Shown here: one piece after another, positions 8,201-15,639 of the stretch | Position numbering within the stretch: the stretch's first letter is position 1 | Layout of the letters: each line of letters starts with the position of its first letter | Source of the DNA: Phycisphaerae bacterium | GTDB taxonomy: Bacteria > Planctomycetota > Phycisphaerae > SM23-33 | Direction: 5' to 3' | Assembly (NCBI GenBank): GCA_035686585.1 | Contig: DASRZG010000048.1 | Location: 1-36,410, forward strand | Length of the DNA stretch: 36,410 nt | Notes under the pieces: model-generated | Told to the model about the DNA's origin: nothing | Databases searched by the model: none | What the model saw: the letters and a program-made list of their open reading frames with translations, nothing else | Position numbers and translations under genes: made by a program

Positions 8201-11200
8201 ACCTGGCCTCGGTCGGCTACGAGACCATCGAGGACCACGGGCTCCAGAGCAGGGTCACGTGGCCGTACACGACCGGGTACCAAAGGCACCAGGAGCCGCT
8301 GACCTTCACCGCGCCGGAGGCGGGCATCTACTACGTGCGCGTCTGTGCGAGTACGGCAATCCTTTGGACGGACTTCTGTTACACGCTCTTCATGGATGAC
8401 CTGACCGCGCGGGACAAGCCGGAAGATGACCTGACCACCGCCCTGGGAAAGGCCAACGCCGCCTCCCTGGGCGCCATCCACACGCTGGGCGACTATGATC
8501 CCAGCTACGGCGGCACGGGAACGCGCACCAACATGGACATCGAGGTGACCGGCGGCAGCTTCGGGGCCTTTGAGGTCGCGGGCATTGCCGGCCCCAACGG
8601 GCTCTTCGCGCGCGTCTACGGCCAGGGCAACATGGTCAGCTTCCGGGGCGGTATAATCGACCTGACCCTCCTGCAGGTCGACAACAACATCGGCCTGGTG
8701 GCCTCCACGGCCGGCGGCGCGGGGATAACCGCCGTTGCCGGCGCCGGCTTCGCTGTGGTCAACACCGACGCGTTCATCCAGAACTTCAACTCCGCCGCCG
8801 ACACGTCCGTCGGCCTGTACGCCACGGGCGGCCTGGGCGTGGTCGACGTCGTCGGCTCGGTCTTCAGCGGCAGCGAGTTCGCCATCAACACCGACAACAT
8901 CACCGACCACACGGTCTACTGCGACCTGATCCACGTGGGCGGGGACTGGGGCACCGCGCCCCTAGGATCGAATCCGTACCTGACGCACGGGGAGAATGCC
9001 GACTTCCGGTACGTGGACGTCGAAGGGGACATCTATGTCCGGTGGGGCTCCTACATCGGCCTCATGTCGCCCACGCAGGTCGACGACGGCACGATCTCGA
9101 CGATCGAGGACGACGGCGGCGGACGGGTGGTGCTGACGCCGGGGGCGCAGATCGACCCGGCGACGGGCCTGCCGATGACCGTCACCGACCCGGTCACCGG
9201 CGCGGTGACTCCCGTCCTGACCAGCTACCAGTATTACGTGCTGCCCGTCCAGGGCACCACCGGCGGCGTGCTGTGCCGGGTGGAGGCCACCGGCGATTTC
9301 ACCCTCTCGATCCCCGGCGCCGGCGACGTGGTCGACGTCGTCCACGTCAATCACATGGGCAACGGCCAGTTGAACCTGGGCGGCGTGGGAACCGTCAACG
9401 CCTATTTCGTGGAAGGCACCGGCACCACCAGCGTGATCAACGGGACCAAGGGCGACATCGTCTCCGGCCTGTTCGACACGATCGACACCATCCAGACCGG
9501 CGGCAACATCGGCCGGGCCGTCGGCGACGTCGGGGAGTGGATCCGAGGGCGCGAGCCCACCGCCCCGGCGCCCAATAACCCCCAGATGGGCTGGCTGAAC
9601 CGCACCATCGACGGCATCCACGTCACCGGCGACGTCAACGTCGTCCGCGCCGGCGGCTGGCTGGGCGACGTGTTCGTGGAGGGTCACCTCGACCTGGCCG
9701 TCGCCAACGCGGACAACGTCACCGCGCCCGACTCCTGGGACGGCGTGATCGGCGTCATCGAGGCCGACACCATCGGCACGATCCGCGTCGGCGACGGGCT
9801 CGCCGACGACGGCTCCGGCGACCGGGCCATGGCCGCCATCATCGGCCGGACCAGCATCGACTCCGTCCTCATCGACGGGGCGGGGCACGTCCTGAACGGC
9901 GCCATCCTGACCGGCGGCGCCAACCCCCTGCCGATCGGCACGCCCGCGATCGGCCGGGTCATCGGCACCAACGGCGCCGTCTGCACCTCGCTGATCATGG
10001 CCTGCGACGTCGAGACGTACCAGGTGTACCGCAGCGGCGTGTATCCGTTCACCGGCGGGATCGGCGTCGTCCGGTTCAGCGGCCCCGGGGGGGCCATCCG
10101 GGGTGCGGAGATCGCCGGCCAGTGGATCGACACGGTGGAGACCACCGTCGAGACCGAGGGCATCGACACGTCCTTCATCTCCGCGAACCTGCCGCTTCCG
10201 AACCGCCCGGCCATCACGCAGATCCTGGCCGGCGGCCCGGGCATGCACCGGTCCGTCCTGAGCACCAACGGCGGCCGGTTCGGCGCGATCCGAGGCATCG
10301 GGCCCAATGCCGACCTCACCATCAACTACATCCGGTCCACCGACGGGCTGGACGAGCTCAAGGCCCGCGACATCGTCCAGAACACCATCTTGATCCCGCT
10401 GCAGATCGACCGGTTCATCGCCACGCGGGAGATCGTCGGCAACTACAACGTGTACGTGGGCTCCATCGGCACCCTGTCCACCGGCGCGGACTTCGCGGGC
10501 AACTACTTCAGCATCGCCGCCAACCTGAACCGGGCGGTCATCGGCGGGCACTACGACCACTCCGTGCTGGATCTGCAGGGCCCGACCACCACGCAACTGG
10601 GCGTGCTGGACGTGATGGGCAACATCTCCGGGGAGATCCGGTCCACCGGGCGGATCGGACAGATCATCTCCCGGATGGGCATGATCTCCGCAAACATCAC
10701 CACAATGGACGACGCCGTCCAGGCGGACATCGGTTCGATCACGACCCGCAACGGGTTCACCGGCGAGTTGAGGGTCGAGGGCAGCGTGGGCCGGTTCACC
10801 AGCTACGCGACGCTGGGGACGAACCCGATGCTGCTTCCGGACATGGTCCCGCTGCAGTTCAAGATCGCCGTCGACCTGGACGTGCTGGAGGTGAAGGGCG
10901 TCAAGAACGGCCCGGCCTTGGACCTGTTCACCTCCCTGTATGTCGGCGGCAACGTCGGCAAGATCGACATCGACGGGTCGTTGTACGCGGACGTGCAGGT
11001 CAACGGCAACCTCGGACGCCTGGTCCTCGACGGGGACATGGGCGGCCAGTTCGTGCTCGTGGCGCCGACGATCCTGGGCGACGTGACGGTCCTCGGAACC
11101 ATCGGCGGCCTGTCCCTCGTCGACGGCGCCAACCTGGTCGGCGACCTGACCTCCGGCGGGTCGATCGGCAAGATCAAGCTGACCGACAAGGCCGCGAACC

Positions 11201-14200
11201 CCGCCAGGGGCAACATCCTCGGCGTCATCCGGTCGCTCCACGGATCGATCGGGTCGGTCACGCTGACCAACGGTGTCCTGGGCGGCCTGGAAGCCGCCAC
11301 CAGCATCGGCAAGGTCATCCTCAAGGGCACCGCGGGCGACCCGGCCGCCATCACCGGCGACCTCATCGCCAACGGCGGCGGGATCGGATCCCTGACGATC
11401 GTCAACGGCAACCTGGACGCTAACGTCCGCGCCCTGGCGGGCGCGATCGGCAAGCTGTCCATCACCGGCGGCAACGTGGTCGCGGGCAACGTCGTCTACT
11501 CGTCCCGCGGGATCGGCTCGCTGGCGATCAAGGGCGGCAACCTCGACGCCGACGTGACGACCGACGGCAGCCTGATGAAGTTCTCGGTGGCCGGCGACGT
11601 CAACGGGCAGGTGTCCGCGGCCGGCAAGGTCGAGAACGTCAGCATCCTGGGCGACCTGAACGGCGGCCTGTGGGCCGGGACGGGCATCAAGAGCGTCAAC
11701 ATCCGCGGCCACATGACCGGCGCGACGATCGGCAGCATGTTCGACATGGACCGGATCAGCGTGTCCGGGAACGTCACGAACTCGCAGATCATCGGCGGGT
11801 ACGACCCGGCCACCGGCAAGGTCCGCGGCGCCGACCTGAAGACCCTCAGCGTCGGCGGCAACTGGACGGCGTCGGTGGTGGCCCTGGGCGTCGACCCGGT
11901 CGACGGCAGCTTCTTCACGCTGGGCGACAACGTCGCGGCCCCGGGCGTCAGCAGCCTGGGCGTGATGAGCGTCGGGGGCATCGCCAGCCCGGCGGGCAGC
12001 CTGATCCTGGCGGACACCTGCTTCGGCGTGGTGCCCGTCCCGCTGCTGGGCGTGGCGTCGACCGTGGACGGCCCGACGCCGCCCCTCAGCGCCGACCCCG
12101 CCCACCGCTTCCAGGCGGGCCGGTACGTCGCCGCCGACGGGCTGATCATCACCTACAACGGCAACGGGCAGGGCAGCTACGATCCCGCCACCGGGCAGGT
12201 CGTCCTGCAGGGCGCCGGCGCGGGGCACAGCCTGACGCTGGACATGCCCGGCGCCGCCAAGACCATCCACGTCACCGGCGACGACGACCTGGGCCTGAGC
12301 AGCCTGACGTTCCGCAACAACGCGATCACCGGCGATATGACCATCCAGGGCGACATCGGCAAGTTCGCCACGGGCGCCGTGGCCGACGGGTCCCACTGGC
12401 AGCTCTGGGACGGGGCCAAGTCCGTCGCCACCGGCGGCCTGAACGGCGTGGACGTGGTGGCCGGGGCCATCGGATCGTGGAAGCTGGCGGGCAACTTCGA
12501 TCGCCTCGCGGGCGACGAGGGCCTGACGGCCTACATGATCGGCAAGATGGACATCGCCGGCAACCTGACCGCCTCGATCGCCACGATCATCAACGGCATC
12601 GGATCGCTGAACGTTCGCGGCAACATCACCGGCGGCAAGATGGCCCTGGGCGAAGAGCAGATCGTCACCGCCGGGGGCATCGGCAGGCTGTCGGCCAACT
12701 CCATCATCGCCGACCCCAGCGCCGGCCAGGCGGTCCTGTCCGTCAACCCCGCCACCGGCGGGATCCACGTCCTGTCCGGCGACCTGGGCTCGCTGACCAG
12801 CAACGGCGACGTCAACGCCAACATCACCGTCGACAACGGCGGCATCGGCCAGTTCAGCATTCGCAACGGCACCTACGGCAACATGGTCACGGACACGGCC
12901 GTTCGAAGCCTGACCGGCATCGGCCGGTTCAACGTCCGCGGCGGCAACCTGTACGGCATCGTCAGCACCGACGGGCCGCTGGGCAGCCTGAGCGTATCCG
13001 ACAAGGGGCAAGGCACGCTGTTCGGGCGTGTCCGGGCGGGCGACGGCATCGGTTCGGCCCAGATGGACCTGATGATCAACGCCTTGCTGTCCTCGGCCAC
13101 CGACGTTGGGCGCGTCAGCATCCGCGGCGACATGACCAGCAGCACCATCGTCGCCGGGATCGACCCGTCCGACGCCGGCTTCGACCCCGCCCACGGCGTC
13201 GAGGCGGCGAACGTCCAGTTTGACGGGCGCACCACGCTCCCCTGGCGGACCCCTCTGAACACCGACATCCTCGGCGGCGGCGACGTCAACCAGGTCAACA
13301 TCGGCGGCAACATGATCGCCTCCGCCATCTCCGCCGGCGTGGGCGCCGGGGCCAACGGCTGGTTCGGCACCTGGGACGATCAGGTCCGCGGCACGGGCCT
13401 GGTCAAGCGGGTCAAGGTCAGGGGCTCGATCACCGGAACGGTAGACCCCACCGAGCACTACGGCCTCTTCGCCGCCAGCGGCATGCCGGTCTACACGGCC
13501 AACCCGACGACCGTCACGGGCAACGTCACCATCGGCACCCAGTCCCGAGGCGTGGGAAGCCCGCAGATCAACAACGTGCAGGTGCTGACCGACCGGATCG
13601 TCATCTACTTCGCGCACGACATCGACTTCGGCACGATCACCACCGGCTTGCTGCATCCGAGCCGGCCGTCCACCCTGAACCTGGTGGTCTCCCACAACAG
13701 CCTGTTCGGGCCCACCGAGTCCGACGATTTCAGCATCACCGATCTCCAGCCGCATGCGCTCAGCTATGACGACCTGACCCACACGCTGACGATCCGACTG
13801 CTGGGCAAGACCTTCGTGAGCCTCAACAAGGGCACCAATTACCTGCTGACCCTGGACGGCTCGGTGGTGAGCGACCGCCGCGGCAACCTGGTGGACGGCG
13901 AGTACAACACCGCGTTCCCGACCGGCGACGGCATGGCCGGAGGCGACTTCCTCTACCGGTTCATCCACGGCGACGCCGGAGACACGGCCGCCACGGCCAT
14001 CGACCTCACCGGCGGCGTGCCGATCCTGAAGCCCAACAAGGTCCTGGACCTCCGCGGCAGGATCGGCGACAACGACCCCCGGCCCGCCAATTCCGACGTG
14101 GACGTGTACAGCGTCGAGGTCCACATGGGCGACATCCTGTACTACGAGACCTCGTGGGGCATTGCCCTCGACGACGGAGGCGGCGGCATCCTCGTGACGT

Positions 14201-15429
14201 CCCTGAGCACCATGGGGCATCGGGCCACCGCCGACGGCGTGGTGATGATCAGCGTCAGCGGCAGCCCCGGCCCCTACACCCTGAGCGTGTTGGTCTTCAA
14301 CGACGGCAACACCAACTTCACCTTCGACGACGCCACCCAGACCGCCACGCCGGTGATCTGGAAGGGCGACACAGCGGTGCTGGGCCCCAACGACAAGCCC
14401 GAGGACGCCATCACGGCCGACATCATCGCCCCGGACGACTACGACATCTACGAATTGGGGTTCCTGCCGGCCTTCACCGAGATCCATCTGGGCCTGGACA
14501 CCAGGCGCATCGGCAGCCCGATGGAGGGCAAGATGGCCGTGTTCAATTCCAACGGCGACATGATCGGGAACATCACCTCGCCGTACTACGACCTGGAAGG
14601 CCACTTCCCCGACGGCAAGCTCGACCCCTCCGTCACCCTTCGGCAGACCGCGCTGACGCCCGCGGCCGACACGTACTACGTCGCCATCGCGGGCGGGTGG
14701 CACCAAGCAGGCAGCTTCCAGCAGACAGACCAGGGCAAGTACCGCCTGACGATCACCCAGTCGCAGGGTCAGGCCCCGGTGTTCCGGCACCAGTTGGTCT
14801 ACCTCAACTTCGACGGCGGCGTGGCCGAGTACCTGATCGACGCCTTCGGCGCCACGTATGCGGGAATCCCCACGGAGACCTACCAGTCGCCGCTGTCGGC
14901 GGATCTCTTCGGCTATGACGCCGCCCAGACCCAGGAGCTGATCAACGGCATCGTCGCGACCGTCGAGGAAAACTACGCCGCCTTCGGCAACATCTCCTTC
15001 ACCACCGTCAAGCCCATGGGCGGGCAGTACTCCACCGTCTTCGTCGGCAGCAACCTGTCGCCGGACGGAATGACGGGCGGGATCGCCGACGGCATCAACA
15101 CCAACAACAGCGACCTGAGCGACATGGTCGTGGTGTTCGGCGCCGAATTTGCCTGGGCCTTCGGGCAGCCCTTCGGCAACACCCTCGACGAGGTGGCCGT
15201 GGTCCTCGGCAACGTGGCCTCGCATGAGCTCGGCCATATCCTCGGGCTGAACCACGTCAACAACAGCACGACCTTGCCCGACACCTGGATCATGAGCTAC
15301 GCACACCTGCCGCACATGAACACCGATGACATGGTCTTCACCACGCACGAGCACTTGATGTCCGACGCCAACGTGGAATTCCTGATCGGCTACCAGAACA
15401 GCGTCGCCTCGCTGTGGTCCATCGCGTAG
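5218..15429 (+). CDS. giant (~3,403 aa) extracellular modular protein: N-terminal LExRxxL box, propeller-like repeats, PPC-type domains, long beta-helix-like repeat array, Ig-like domain, C-terminal metzincin metalloprotease module
   Basis: A single open frame runs 5146..15429. I prefer ATG 5218 because AGGAGG (5206-5211) lies 6 nt upstream. The zinc motif HELGHILGLNH is at 15223..15255, with a Met-turn-like WIMSY downstream. PPC-like signatures are DVEDWWAISLMSGQTVRID...AGIYYVRV, DVDVYSVEVHMGDILYYE and DYDIYELGFLP...ADTYYVAIAG. About 30 G-x-IG-x-L-x-I-x-G-N/D-L units can be seen. A hairpin terminator follows the stop. Confidence 0.9.
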   Translation: MRSDPKMEHSTNMGSTGPLFESLEQRLMLTTLQAGEWFVYNGSQDKFILVTMAGNPGSKAEILALDHKTGDVNLMDISGMMGGPGWGPSPVFGGFSGLGNLDTIIGSPPYLDQQIVLGLARRPAQLPAQELYSFDNFLHQLWVVDALNGTRVPGSNRLITDSLQPFYGYTIDAMTVNAAGTIVAAGFLVDLDPMNLPPPPAVAGQYLINIDYATGMGTIVDPTAPLAVPGGTGRVTDMAYSGGQLYGIDGANIFTITDTTGQIGPPQTLVDVTNNNAPITGATGLEFFNGALYICDANTVYTVNPGNGNCTPLNGNLSQQDMTDLASDGTDLYGVFSSNATSILARIETNPPANVDPFAIYISQADMTTKLTFTEVGRVTINQVVTPAIPQMVPVGQVDIQLYQASQPPFISTGGARAPAGSGGVLIGGLHIPTQGLPNRHVATAITGPYGVATPFTPIGEFPGGVLHAGITVACPMATIIDGDLGQSVSALAADSAGTFYAVDNTTGNLIQIQYTPEVPASIGWPGDPMIPPIPSAPWSPDGGAPTITAMGVLTDASQPAWTYVNIQALEFDDTDTLYAIGMVVSSNPAIPAPTGLWLVTIDPTTGLVTPLAELDPEVSKYHGMVIDAGGTFTAIGTWVDPVTAKPTDNTLVGIDPVTGTLTQIGEVTFQGASLDLIEGLEYFGANLYATTGTMLYVLSGTAAIPLAETGLDELSDLAATSVLGPQGRFLWSVTYDEGYNLVKLDLLRPAQDMGKLAVAGVIAGGVHGSGSIDVIETGLLWGNVEIPYDLGRLVLHTDFAAGTGVRPDNALVRVNGTLGELDVYGNSYGSVSVGGKANIPHSDSHLSDLNVPVPRDPLISLVDVPIWWPVRELEWKPPDTDPLPETQWTDYANLMTVVNDTPDDFQFISNEFGEIAVWGDLAGPGNHNDVEDWWAISLMSGQTVRIDAVGALGVWTDPITGISDSPGWVTDPLDAAPFMYNGFALDVFDGTLNYLASVGYETIEDHGLQSRVTWPYTTGYQRHQEPLTFTAPEAGIYYVRVCASTAILWTDFCYTLFMDDLTARDKPEDDLTTALGKANAASLGAIHTLGDYDPSYGGTGTRTNMDIEVTGGSFGAFEVAGIAGPNGLFARVYGQGNMVSFRGGIIDLTLLQVDNNIGLVASTAGGAGITAVAGAGFAVVNTDAFIQNFNSAADTSVGLYATGGLGVVDVVGSVFSGSEFAINTDNITDHTVYCDLIHVGGDWGTAPLGSNPYLTHGENADFRYVDVEGDIYVRWGSYIGLMSPTQVDDGTISTIEDDGGGRVVLTPGAQIDPATGLPMTVTDPVTGAVTPVLTSYQYYVLPVQGTTGGVLCRVEATGDFTLSIPGAGDVVDVVHVNHMGNGQLNLGGVGTVNAYFVEGTGTTSVINGTKGDIVSGLFDTIDTIQTGGNIGRAVGDVGEWIRGREPTAPAPNNPQMGWLNRTIDGIHVTGDVNVVRAGGWLGDVFVEGHLDLAVANADNVTAPDSWDGVIGVIEADTIGTIRVGDGLADDGSGDRAMAAIIGRTSIDSVLIDGAGHVLNGAILTGGANPLPIGTPAIGRVIGTNGAVCTSLIMACDVETYQVYRSGVYPFTGGIGVVRFSGPGGAIRGAEIAGQWIDTVETTVETEGIDTSFISANLPLPNRPAITQILAGGPGMHRSVLSTNGGRFGAIRGIGPNADLTINYIRSTDGLDELKARDIVQNTILIPLQIDRFIATREIVGNYNVYVGSIGTLSTGADFAGNYFSIAANLNRAVIGGHYDHSVLDLQGPTTTQLGVLDVMGNISGEIRSTGRIGQIISRMGMISANITTMDDAVQADIGSITTRNGFTGELRVEGSVGRFTSYATLGTNPMLLPDMVPLQFKIAVDLDVLEVKGVKNGPALDLFTSLYVGGNVGKIDIDGSLYADVQVNGNLGRLVLDGDMGGQFVLVAPTILGDVTVLGTIGGLSLVDGANLVGDLTSGGSIGKIKLTDKAANPARGNILGVIRSLHGSIGSVTLTNGVLGGLEAATSIGKVILKGTAGDPAAITGDLIANGGGIGSLTIVNGNLDANVRALAGAIGKLSITGGNVVAGNVVYSSRGIGSLAIKGGNLDADVTTDGSLMKFSVAGDVNGQVSAAGKVENVSILGDLNGGLWAGTGIKSVNIRGHMTGATIGSMFDMDRISVSGNVTNSQIIGGYDPATGKVRGADLKTLSVGGNWTASVVALGVDPVDGSFFTLGDNVAAPGVSSLGVMSVGGIASPAGSLILADTCFGVVPVPLLGVASTVDGPTPPLSADPAHRFQAGRYVAADGLIITYNGNGQGSYDPATGQVVLQGAGAGHSLTLDMPGAAKTIHVTGDDDLGLSSLTFRNNAITGDMTIQGDIGKFATGAVADGSHWQLWDGAKSVATGGLNGVDVVAGAIGSWKLAGNFDRLAGDEGLTAYMIGKMDIAGNLTASIATIINGIGSLNVRGNITGGKMALGEEQIVTAGGIGRLSANSIIADPSAGQAVLSVNPATGGIHVLSGDLGSLTSNGDVNANITVDNGGIGQFSIRNGTYGNMVTDTAVRSLTGIGRFNVRGGNLYGIVSTDGPLGSLSVSDKGQGTLFGRVRAGDGIGSAQMDLMINALLSSATDVGRVSIRGDMTSSTIVAGIDPSDAGFDPAHGVEAANVQFDGRTTLPWRTPLNTDILGGGDVNQVNIGGNMIASAISAGVGAGANGWFGTWDDQVRGTGLVKRVKVRGSITGTVDPTEHYGLFAASGMPVYTANPTTVTGNVTIGTQSRGVGSPQINNVQVLTDRIVIYFAHDIDFGTITTGLLHPSRPSTLNLVVSHNSLFGPTESDDFSITDLQPHALSYDDLTHTLTIRLLGKTFVSLNKGTNYLLTLDGSVVSDRRGNLVDGEYNTAFPTGDGMAGGDFLYRFIHGDAGDTAATAIDLTGGVPILKPNKVLDLRGRIGDNDPRPANSDVDVYSVEVHMGDILYYETSWGIALDDGGGGILVTSLSTMGHRATADGVVMISVSGSPGPYTLSVLVFNDGNTNFTFDDATQTATPVIWKGDTAVLGPNDKPEDAITADIIAPDDYDIYELGFLPAFTEIHLGLDTRRIGSPMEGKMAVFNSNGDMIGNITSPYYDLEGHFPDGKLDPSVTLRQTALTPAADTYYVAIAGGWHQAGSFQQTDQGKYRLTITQSQGQAPVFRHQLVYLNFDGGVAEYLIDAFGATYAGIPTETYQSPLSADLFGYDAAQTQELINGIVATVEENYAAFGNISFTTVKPMGGQYSTVFVGSNLSPDGMTGGIADGINTNNSDLSDMVVVFGAEFAWAFGQPFGNTLDEVAVVLGNVASHELGHILGLNHVNNSTTLPDTWIMSYAHLPHMNTDDMVFTTHEHLMSDANVEFLIGYQNSVASLWSIA

Positions 15430-15456
15430 CCGACACGACGGCCGGCAGGATTTGAG

Positions 15457-15495
15457 ACGGCCCGGGCGCCTTCGCAAAGGAGGCGCCCGGGCCGT
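15457..15495 (+). terminator. intrinsic-terminator-like hairpin after the giant gene
   Basis: acggcccgggcgcc (15457-15470) pairs perfectly with ggcgcccgggccgt (15482-15495), giving a 14-bp stem and 11-nt loop. It is followed by tcgctttc, a weak T-run, and lies 28 nt after the stop codon. Confidence 0.6.
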
Positions 15496-15639
15496 TCGCT
15501 TTCACCCCGACGGGACAGGGGTGGCTGCGGCGCCCCCGGAAGGCTCCCTCCCCCGCCACGTGCCCGCCCAAGACGCTGGCAAACCTCCCCCGCCTGCGCG
15601 ATGATGCTCCATCCAGGCAACGGACAACAGGAGCGCCGC

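Noticed and set aside
5218-15429. Giant gene as a horizontally acquired island or mobile element cargo
   Set aside because: The base composition and codon bias look the same as in the flanking housekeeping genes. There are no flanking direct repeats, tRNA, integrase or transposase. Nothing in the sequence supports recent acquisition.
8962-15477. 2,171-aa minus-strand ORF (and 5194..8001, 935 aa) opposite the giant gene
   Set aside because: Both are in the codon-aligned antisense frame, where stops arise only from sense TTA, CTA or TCA codons. The ORF boundary at 8962-8964 is exactly a sense CTA (Leu). Their length reflects avoidance of those rare codons in the giant gene, not a second gene. 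The product is low-complexity Arg/Asp/Gly/Val/Ala.
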